From Chloroflexota bacterium (GTDB taxonomy: Bacteria > Chloroflexota > Anaerolineae > JAYEMR01): a stretch of DNA of 42,865 nucleotides. Positions 27,608-35,026 of this stretch are shown in pieces. Location: NCBI GenBank assembly GCA_034718215.1, contig JAYEMR010000111.1, positions 1 to 42,865 of the forward strand, given 5' to 3'. Below the pieces are notes generated by a model, which was not told the origin of the DNA, made no database searches, and saw nothing but the letters and a program-made list of their open reading frames with translations. The translations under genes were made by a program, and so were the position numbers. The stretch's first letter is position 1. Each line of letters starts with the position of its first letter.

Positions 27608-28651
27608 ATGGATAAGCTGCGCGCTGGCATCATTGGCTGCGGCCGCATCGTGGAGGAAGGGCACGCGCGGGCCTTTCAGGAGAACAGCGATCGCGTGGAA
27701 GTCGTGGCCTTGGCCGACCCCTCCCCGGAGCGGCTGAGGGTCATCGGCAAGCTGCTGGATGTGCCCGAGAAGAATCGCTTCGCCGACTACAAAGAGATGC
27801 TGGCTCGAACGGAGCTCGATTTGGTGGACCTGGCGCTTCCTCACTTCCTACACGAGGAGGTGACGGTCTACTGTGCTCACCAAAGGGTGGACATCCTCTC
27901 AGAAAAACCCCTGTCCACCTCGCTGGAAAGTGTGGACCGCATCCTTCAGGCGGTCGAGGAGAAGGGCATGCGTCTGGGCGTTTACCACAATTACAAATGG
28001 ATACCCGCCTTTGCCAAGGCCAGGGAGCTGATCGAGGGAGGTAAAATCGGCCAGCCCTTTCTCATCCGCTTCGAGCACCTGGGAGGTGGCCACTACCCCG
28101 GCGCTCAAGCGTATGACCCCAACTGGCGCACCAAAGCTTCTCGCGCCGGAGGCGGCTGCCTGCTCGACAACGGCTACCACTTCTGCTACCTAGCCGAGTG
28201 GCTGATGGGAGCGCCGGTGGAATCGGTCTACGGCCGGGTGGGGACCTTCGTCCAGCAGCAGGATGTGGATGACCTAGCCCTGTTGCTCCTCAACCACGCC
28301 AACGGCGCCGTCAGCAGCGTCCAGTTCAGCTGGGCGGTGAAGTCCGGTGGGGAGCGAGCCAGCGAGGTGTGCGGCACAGAGGGGACGCTGCGCTTCCGAT
28401 GGGACGAGCAGCCCCTGGCCCTGTACGAGAACCAATTTGGGGAATGGACCCATCCAGAGCTGGACCCCAATGTGCACAGCTTCAGCGCCCTGTTGAGCGA
28501 GTTCTTGACCGCCTTTCAGACCGGGGGGCCGCTTCCGGTAAGCGGCGAGGAGGCCCGCCACAATCTGGCCATCGTCATGGCGGGGTATGAATCCAGCCGA
28601 CGGGAGATGCCCGTCCACATATCGGATCCGCCACAGCTTTCGGGGCAGTAG
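27608..28651 (+). CDS. Gfo/Idh/MocA oxidoreductase
   Basis: GIIGCG, SEKP, GGGCLLDNGYH; GGAGG RBS. Confidence 0.88.
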   Translation: MDKLRAGIIGCGRIVEEGHARAFQENSDRVEVVALADPSPERLRVIGKLLDVPEKNRFADYKEMLARTELDLVDLALPHFLHEEVTVYCAHQRVDILSEKPLSTSLESVDRILQAVEEKGMRLGVYHNYKWIPAFAKARELIEGGKIGQPFLIRFEHLGGGHYPGAQAYDPNWRTKASRAGGGCLLDNGYHFCYLAEWLMGAPVESVYGRVGTFVQQQDVDDLALLLLNHANGAVSSVQFSWAVKSGGERASEVCGTEGTLRFRWDEQPLALYENQFGEWTHPELDPNVHSFSALLSEFLTAFQTGGPLPVSGEEARHNLAIVMAGYESSRREMPVHISDPPQLSGQ

Positions 28652-28687
28652 CGGGAGCCATCTTTTCAGCAAGATAGCCATCATTGC

Positions 28688-28716
28688 AGGGGCACCTGGA
28701 CGGGTGTCCCTTTTTC
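28688..28716 (+). terminator. Intrinsic terminator
   Basis: GGGGCACCT-GGAC-GGGTGTCCC followed by TTTTT. Confidence 0.65.
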
Positions 28717-28825
28717 TATCGAGGTCATACCCCAATGGGCTCGTCTAAGGCTCCCTATTTGCCCTATAAGCGGATTTAGCTATCATAAGCGCAGGCGAAG
28801 CCAGTTCAGAGAGGGAGGAGAGATC

Positions 28826-29221
28826 ATGGCGCTACAAGCACTCCCCAGAGTCCGTGAGGCACTGGGCGATGAGGGAACTGAAGAGCTCTTGCACTGGCTG
28901 GATCGACGGATTGAGGAACGAGCGGTGCCGCGAGACGAATATCGCCTGTGGGCGACAGGCCGAGAGGTCCTTTCCCGGCTTGATCTTCTGGAGGAGGATG
29001 TCTCACTGTTGCGAGATGAGCTTACCCAAACGCGGATGGAGTTCCGAGAGGATATGGGCCAACTTCGGCTGGAGATGAACGAGCGTTTCGACCGGATGAA
29101 TGAGCGCTTCGATCAGATGTATGACCGGATGCTGCTACAGACGCGCTGGCTGATCGGCTCTCTGGCCCTCATTGGCACTGTAATCAGCGCCTTATTGGCC
29201 ATTGGTCAATTCGTAAGGTAG
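28826..29221 (+). CDS. DUF1640/CCDC90-like coiled-coil protein with C-terminal membrane anchor
   Basis: EALGDEGTEEL head, MNERFDRMNERFD heptads, C-terminal TM (RWLIGSLALIGTVISALL). Confidence 0.7.
   Translation: MALQALPRVREALGDEGTEELLHWLDRRIEERAVPRDEYRLWATGREVLSRLDLLEEDVSLLRDELTQTRMEFREDMGQLRLEMNERFDRMNERFDQMYDRMLLQTRWLIGSLALIGTVISALLAIGQFVR
28943..28960. repeat. 18-bp in-frame palindromic insert
   Basis: C-GCCTGT-GGGCG-ACAGGC hairpin encoding RLWATG, between DEY and REVLSRL. Confidence 0.6.
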
Positions 29222-29223
29222 AT

Positions 29224-30627
29224 ATGATAGTCATGAAATTCGGTGGCACCTCGATGGGAAACTCTGAGGTGATCAACCGAGCGGGGAAGATCATCCAGCA
29301 GAGGTTGGAGGAGGGCCAAGAGACAGTAGTCGTGGTCTCAGCTATGAGTGGGGTGACCGATTCCCTCACCCATGCCGCTCGCTCGGCCGCCTCGGGTGAC
29401 GATCTGACCTTCCGTCAGATCAAACATCGCCTGCTCTCCCAACATCACCAGGCGGTAACTGAGTGCATTCAGGATAAACACCGCCAACGGGAGCTGCTCG
29501 ACCAGATCGAGACTCGGCTGAGTGAGCTCGAGGCGCTCTGTCAGTCCATCTATATCCTGGGGGAGCTGACGGCGCGGGGCATGGATGCTGTGTCCTCGCT
29601 GGGCGAACGGCTCACAGCGCGCATCCTGGCCGCGCTGCTGACCGATCAGGGCTTCCCTGCGCAGGCGGTGGATGCCACGGAGCTGATCATTACCAACGAC
29701 GAATTTGGAGCCGCCATCCCGCTGATGGAGAAGACACGGGACCGGGCGCGATCCCGCCTGCTGCCTCTGCTGGCCGAAGGGATCACGCCCGTTGTGACCG
29801 GCTTCATCGGAGCCACGCGCGATGGGATCACCACCACCTTAGGACGCGGCGGCAGCGATTACACCGCGGCCATCCTGGGCCAGGCCTTGAACGCGGACGA
29901 GGTGTGGATCTGGACCGATGTGGATGGCATAATGAGCGCCGATCCTCGCTTAGTGGAAGAGGCCCGCACGCTGCCCCAGATCTCCTACGCTGAGGCCGCG
30001 GAGCTGTCCTACTTTGGGGCCAAGGTCCTGCATTCCAAGACCATCATCCCCACCCAGGAAGCGGACATTCCCCTGCGCATCCTCAACACCCTCAATCCCT
30101 CTCATCCTGGCACATTAGTCTGCCGTGAGACGCTCCAAAATGAGCGAGCGGTCAAGGGGATCACCGCCATCACCGATATAGCTCTGACCACTGTGGAGGG
30201 ACGGGGGATGATCGGTGTGCCTGGCATCGCAGCCAAGGTCTTCACCACCGTGGCCCGCGAAGGGGTGAATGTCCTGATGATCACCCAGTCCTCCTCGGAG
30301 CAGAACATCTGTTTTGCCATCCCCCGGACAGATGTTGAGAGGACAGTGAAGGCACTGGAGGAGGCTTTCGCCCCGGAGCTGACCCGCCGTAACGTGGACC
30401 GCATCTGGGTGCAGGAGGCAGCCATCATAGCCGCAGTGGGTGCTGGTATCCAGAATACACCTGGCGTGGCCGCTCGGCTCTTTAACGCACTGGGTAAGCA
30501 CGGTATCAACTGCCTCTGCATCGCTCAAGGCTCCTCCAAGCATAACATCTCCATCGTGGTAAGTGAGTCGAAGTATGAGGCAGCAGTGCGCCACATCCAT
30601 AAGGAACTCGGCTTGGACGAGGAGTGA
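29224..30627 (+). CDS. lysC: Aspartate kinase with two ACT domains
   Basis: VMKFGGTS, VVSAMSGVTD, TTLGRGGSD, WTDVDG, QSSSE. Confidence 0.92.
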   Translation: MIVMKFGGTSMGNSEVINRAGKIIQQRLEEGQETVVVVSAMSGVTDSLTHAARSAASGDDLTFRQIKHRLLSQHHQAVTECIQDKHRQRELLDQIETRLSELEALCQSIYILGELTARGMDAVSSLGERLTARILAALLTDQGFPAQAVDATELIITNDEFGAAIPLMEKTRDRARSRLLPLLAEGITPVVTGFIGATRDGITTTLGRGGSDYTAAILGQALNADEVWIWTDVDGIMSADPRLVEEARTLPQISYAEAAELSYFGAKVLHSKTIIPTQEADIPLRILNTLNPSHPGTLVCRETLQNERAVKGITAITDIALTTVEGRGMIGVPGIAAKVFTTVAREGVNVLMITQSSSEQNICFAIPRTDVERTVKALEEAFAPELTRRNVDRIWVQEAAIIAAVGAGIQNTPGVAARLFNALGKHGINCLCIAQGSSKHNISIVVSESKYEAAVRHIHKELGLDEE

Positions 30628-30692
30628 AGCTGCGCTATCTCATTCCCGCTGATTTTCGGGAGAGGAAACAACGCCATGGTTCGGCCGGGGGT

Positions 30693-30730
30693 AAACTACC
30701 ACGCTGCACTGCGGCGTGGTAGTTTGTTTT
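30693..30730 (+). terminator. Intrinsic terminator after lysC
   Basis: AAACTACCACGCTGC-ACT-GCGGCGTGGTAGTTT followed by GTTTT. Confidence 0.75.
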
Positions 30731-30752
30731 GGGCCAACGCCTGCGCTAGAGG

Positions 30753-30781
30753 TAGACAAGGGGTATGAAACACGCTATAAT
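30753..30781 (+). promoter_or_regulatory. hisS promoter
   Basis: TAGACA-17-TATAAT, then an AAGGAGG RBS. Confidence 0.65.
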
Positions 30782-30798
30782 CCTCATAAGGAGGATAT

Positions 30799-32070
30799 AT
30801 GACTCTGTACAAAGCACCTCGTGGCACCCAGGACATCCTGCCCGATGAGCAGCCCTACTGGCAGTATGTCAGACAGCGCATCCAGGCCATCGCTCAGCTC
30901 TACGGCTATCAGCCCATGGATGTGCCCCTCTTTGAGCAGACTTCCATCTTCGTCCGAGGTGTGGGCGAGGGGACGGACATGGTGGATAAAGAGATGTACT
31001 CCTTCCGAGATCGGGGGGGAGATGAGCTGACTCTTCGTCCTGAGCTCACCGCCGGCATTGTCCGCGCCTATCTCGAGCATGGCATGCATGTGTGGCCTCA
31101 GCCGGTGAAGGTCTATTCCATCGGCCCAGCTTTCCGCTACGAGAGGCCACAGGCCGGGCGCTACAGACAGCACTACCAGCTCAGCGTGGAGGCCATCGGC
31201 GAGCAGGATCCGGCGCTCGATGCGGAAGTGATGTCTATGGCCTGGCATCTCTACGACCACCTGGGGTTTCAGGGCCTTTCCCTTCAACTCAACTCCATCG
31301 GCTGTCCCAAGTGTCGGCCGGGCTACATCCGGGCCTTGAGGGCCTACTACAACCATCACCTGGAGGAGATATGCGAGGACTGCCACCGCCGCCTGGAAGT
31401 CAATCCCCTGCGCGTGCTGGACTGCAAGGCTGAGAGCTGCCAGCCTATCATCGCTGAGGCCCCTCACAGCACCGATTTCCTCTGCCAGGAATGCCGAGAG
31501 CACTTCTCTACCCTCCTCGGTTACCTGGACCGCCTGGGCCTTCCCTACACCATCAACCACCGGTTGGTGCGGGGCCTGGACTACTACACCAAGACCGTCT
31601 TCGAGGTCTGGGCCAAGGGGATTGGGGCTCAGAACGCCGTCTGCGGTGGGGGACGGTATGATGTGCTGGCCGAATCCCTGGGAGGGGATCACGCGCCCGG
31701 TGTGGGATTCGGCTCGGGTTTGGAGCGGATCATTCTGACCATGAAGCAGCAGGATATGAAGGTGCCAGAGCTGCCCCAGCCCCAGGTCATGATCCTCTAT
31801 CTAGGCCAGGAGGCCAAGGAGGCTGCGCTGCAATTGGCGAATGAGCTGCGTTTGGCTGGCATCCGAACTGAGACCTCCTTCGGTGACCGCAGCCTGCGAG
31901 CCCAGCTCCGTAACGCTGATCGCGCAGAAGTGGCCTACACTTGCATTCTGGGGGAGAGGGAGCTGCGGTCCCAACAGGTGGCGGTGAAGGACATGGCCGC
32001 TGGGGGCCAACAGGCGGTGGCCAGGGACTCCGTGGTCGACTGGCTGAAGACACATCTGGGAATGGCGTAG
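30799..32070 (+). CDS. hisS: Histidine--tRNA ligase
   Basis: PRGTQD, LRPELTA, FRYERPQAGRYR, LVRGLDYY, GGGRYD, GLER. Confidence 0.97.
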   Translation: MTLYKAPRGTQDILPDEQPYWQYVRQRIQAIAQLYGYQPMDVPLFEQTSIFVRGVGEGTDMVDKEMYSFRDRGGDELTLRPELTAGIVRAYLEHGMHVWPQPVKVYSIGPAFRYERPQAGRYRQHYQLSVEAIGEQDPALDAEVMSMAWHLYDHLGFQGLSLQLNSIGCPKCRPGYIRALRAYYNHHLEEICEDCHRRLEVNPLRVLDCKAESCQPIIAEAPHSTDFLCQECREHFSTLLGYLDRLGLPYTINHRLVRGLDYYTKTVFEVWAKGIGAQNAVCGGGRYDVLAESLGGDHAPGVGFGSGLERIILTMKQQDMKVPELPQPQVMILYLGQEAKEAALQLANELRLAGIRTETSFGDRSLRAQLRNADRAEVAYTCILGERELRSQQVAVKDMAAGGQQAVARDSVVDWLKTHLGMA

Positions 32071-32098
32071 AGCGTGGAGGGTGGAGCGTGAAGCGCAA
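32064..32098 (+). repeat. 7-bp tandem repeats (AGCGTGG-like x5) at the hisS/nadK junction
   Basis: ggcgtag agcgtgg agggtgg agcgtga agcgcaa. Confidence 0.65.
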
Positions 32099-32978
32099 AT
32101 ACGCAATCGAAAAGGGCATCGGCGTTCTCCATCATCCCCAGATCCCAGCCTCCCGAGTCTTGGGCGCTGAGATCGCCCGCTGGCTGGAGGCGCGAGGTTA
32201 TCGCGCTTGGCAGGGCTCCGGGTGGGACGAGGAGACTGTGCGAGCTCACATCGCCCGGCTCGACCTCCTGATCGTCTTGGGAGGCGATGGCACCATAATC
32301 CGCTCGGCGCGGATGGGAACCCATCACCAGGTGCCCATCCTGGGGGTCAAAATGGGACAGCTGGGGTTCCTGGCCGAGGCCCAGCCTGAGGAATGGGAGG
32401 AGAAGCTGGCGCAGGTGATGAGGGGTGAGTACTGGGTGGAGGAGAGAATGATGCTCTCCGCCAAGTTGGGGCGGGATGGCGAGCACCTGCAGAGCTTCGA
32501 GGCGTTGAATGATGTGGTGGTCAGCAGGGGCGGCCTGGCCCGCGTCATCAGCCTGGCGGCTGAGGTTAATGGAGCCCCCCTGACTACCTATCTGGGTGAT
32601 GGTTTGATCGTCTCCACCGCCACTGGCTGCACGGCCTATTCCCTAGCCTGCGGCGGCCCCATACTGCCCCCTGAGCTGCGCAACATCCTGCTGGTACCCA
32701 TCGCCCCTCACCTCAGCCTCGATCGGGCCATAGTCCTGGCCGACGGGGCGACGATATCCATTAATGTGTCCACTGATCACGCTGCCATTCTCACTGTGGA
32801 TGGTCAATCTGCCGTGGATCTAGCTGACGGCGATCGGGTCCTGGTTCAAGCCAGCTCCCACACCGGTCTCTTCGTAAGAACTCAGGAGAGAGGTTACTTC
32901 TACCGGACTTTGATGAAGCGGCTGAGCGGTTCCTATGCTCTGAGAAACGCGGACGAGGAGGGGCAGAAGGAGGGATGA
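32088..32978 (+). CDS. nadK: NAD(+) kinase
   Basis: LGGDGT, GQLGFL, ALNDVV, DGLIVSTATGCTAYSL, VDG. Confidence 0.93.
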   Translation: MKRKYAIEKGIGVLHHPQIPASRVLGAEIARWLEARGYRAWQGSGWDEETVRAHIARLDLLIVLGGDGTIIRSARMGTHHQVPILGVKMGQLGFLAEAQPEEWEEKLAQVMRGEYWVEERMMLSAKLGRDGEHLQSFEALNDVVVSRGGLARVISLAAEVNGAPLTTYLGDGLIVSTATGCTAYSLACGGPILPPELRNILLVPIAPHLSLDRAIVLADGATISINVSTDHAAILTVDGQSAVDLADGDRVLVQASSHTGLFVRTQERGYFYRTLMKRLSGSYALRNADEEGQKEG

Positions 32979-32984
32979 GCAGTA

Positions 32985-34775
32985 ATGCTGGCCGAACTGA
33001 CCATCCGTGACTTCGCGATCATAGATGAGCTTCACCTCACCTTAGGCCCAGCTTTCAACGTCTTGACCGGTGAGACTGGCGCCGGCAAATCCATTATCGT
33101 CGATGCGGTGAGCTTGCTCATGGGTGGATGGGCCACTAGGGAGGTCATCCGCAGCGGCGCAGACCGCGCTCTCATCGAGGGGATATTCTACTTGGAGCCA
33201 AAGCTGCAAGCTGAGGTCAATCCCCTCTTGGCCAGCGATGGACTGGAGGGCGATGACCCCTCCACCCTCAGCCTGGCCCGCGAGATCCAGCGAAAAAAAC
33301 GGAATATCTGCCGGATCAACGGGCGGGCGGTGACATTGTCGGCGCTGGAGGCCGTCGGCCGGCGGCTTGTTGACATCCACGGCCAGAGCGGCCATCTCTC
33401 GCTGCTGCGGGCGCGGGAGCACATTGATTTCCTGGATCGCTACGGAGGGCTGTGGCCCCAGCGGAGGAAGCTGGCGGCCAAAGTCGAGGCGCTGCGGCAG
33501 GTGCGGGAGGAGCTGACTAATCTGAGGCGTGACGAGCGGGAGCTGGCCCGCCGAGTGGACCTTTTGGAATACCAAGTGCAGGAGATCAACGCCGCCGGGC
33601 TGGTTATGGGAGAAGAGGAGGAGCTGCGGGCGGAGCGCACCAGGCTAGCCAACGCCGAGCGACTGCTCACCCTGGCGGAGACGGCCTATCAGTCCCTCTC
33701 CTCCTCTACGGTCAGACAGGACACCGCTGAGGAGGGTCGCCCCGGCGCCTATGACCTTCTGGGGGAGACAATAAAGTCTCTCTCTCAGTTGGTGGAGATT
33801 GACCCCAGCTTGAACGAGGTGTTGCAGGCAGCGGAGGAGCTGAGCTACCGGCTGGAGGATATAATTACCACCGTGCGGGACTACAGAGAGAGTGTGGAAT
33901 ACAATCCCCGTCGTTTGACGCAGGTTGAGGAGCGGTTGAGCCTCGTTCAGGGCCTGAAGCGTAAGTATGGCGATTCAATTGAGGAGATCCTGGCCTTTGG
34001 GCAGCGGGCGGAGGAGGAGCTGGACTCCATCGCCCACAGCGAGGAGCGGATCGAGGAGCTGCGAGCTCAAGAAGAAAAGCTGCTGCGGGAGATAGGGGAG
34101 CTGGGAGCGGTCTTATCTGAGGCGCGTCGCCAAGCCGCCGATGGGTTGAAGGCCAAAGTGGAGAGGGAGCTGGCGGGCCTCTCGATGGGGGACGCTAGAT
34201 TCGACGTTTCCATCGAGCAGCGGGAGGACGCCGAGGGTGCCTGGGCGCCGGCGCCTTTTAGGGCGACGGGCCAGCGTCTGGCCTTCGATCGCACGGGGAT
34301 TGACCACGTGGAGTTCCTCATCTCACCCAACGTGGGCGAGCCGCTCAAGCCGCTGGCGAGCGTGGCCTCCGGCGGCGAGACCTCGCGGCTCATGCTGGCT
34401 CTCAAGACTGTCCTCTCCATGGCCGATGAGACTCCCACCCTCATCTTCGACGAGATTGACGCCGGCATTGGAGGGCGGGTGGGAGAGGTGGTGGGCTACA
34501 AGCTGTGGAGCCTGACCCCTGAGCATCAGGTGCTTTGCGTCACCCACCTGCCGCAGCTGGCAGCCTATGGAGACGCCCACTTCCGTGTGGCCAAGTCAGT
34601 AGTGGGCCGGCGCACCGTGGCCGGCGTCGAGCCGCTCGATGCCGAAGAGCGCATCACAGAGCTAGCGGTCATGCTCGGCGCTGACCGACCTGAGACGCGC
34701 CACAGCGCGGAGGCGATGTTGGCAGAGATAGAGCGGGAGAAGGGCGAGCGGGGCGAGAAAGCCACCCGACGATGA
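32985..34775 (+). CDS. recN: DNA repair protein RecN
   Basis: TGETGAGKS, DIHGQ, ASGGETSR, FDEIDAGIGG, VTHLPQ. Confidence 0.96.
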   Translation: MLAELTIRDFAIIDELHLTLGPAFNVLTGETGAGKSIIVDAVSLLMGGWATREVIRSGADRALIEGIFYLEPKLQAEVNPLLASDGLEGDDPSTLSLAREIQRKKRNICRINGRAVTLSALEAVGRRLVDIHGQSGHLSLLRAREHIDFLDRYGGLWPQRRKLAAKVEALRQVREELTNLRRDERELARRVDLLEYQVQEINAAGLVMGEEEELRAERTRLANAERLLTLAETAYQSLSSSTVRQDTAEEGRPGAYDLLGETIKSLSQLVEIDPSLNEVLQAAEELSYRLEDIITTVRDYRESVEYNPRRLTQVEERLSLVQGLKRKYGDSIEEILAFGQRAEEELDSIAHSEERIEELRAQEEKLLREIGELGAVLSEARRQAADGLKAKVERELAGLSMGDARFDVSIEQREDAEGAWAPAPFRATGQRLAFDRTGIDHVEFLISPNVGEPLKPLASVASGGETSRLMLALKTVLSMADETPTLIFDEIDAGIGGRVGEVVGYKLWSLTPEHQVLCVTHLPQLAAYGDAHFRVAKSVVGRRTVAGVEPLDAEERITELAVMLGADRPETRHSAEAMLAEIEREKGERGEKATRR

Positions 34776-34812
34776 AGTCGTCGGGCTACGAAGCAGCGGG
34801 TGATAAATCACT

Positions 34813-34932
34813 CTCACCCGCACCTGCTCGGGTCCTGTCTGCCTGTACCCGCCCGCGACTGCCCGTGCGCAGGCGATCACCTGTGCCCAATCAGGTGCGG
34901 GCAGGCACGGGTGCGCAGGAAGGACAGGTGAG
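34813..34932 (+). repeat. Nested composite: 66-bp element (34834-34923) carrying an extra 24 bp, inside a CACCTG...CAGGTG hairpin
   Basis: 18 bp + 24-bp insert (34852-34875) + 48 bp align to 42615-42680. Confidence 0.85.
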
Positions 34933-34964
34933 CCCTGGTTGCGCAGGTATTCAGCGGCAGAAAA

Positions 34965-35009
34965 GCCCGATTCACCTGTGCCTGATCAGGTGCAGGCATC
35001 GGGCGCTGC
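34965..35009. repeat. REP-like hairpin GCCCGATTCATCGGGC interrupted by a 22-bp CCTG...CAGG unit with CA duplication
   Basis: gcccgatt-CA-[cctgtgcctgatcaggtgcagg, 34975-34996]-CA-tcgggc. Confidence 0.75.
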
Positions 35010-35026
35010 TCAGTAGCTGGGCGATT

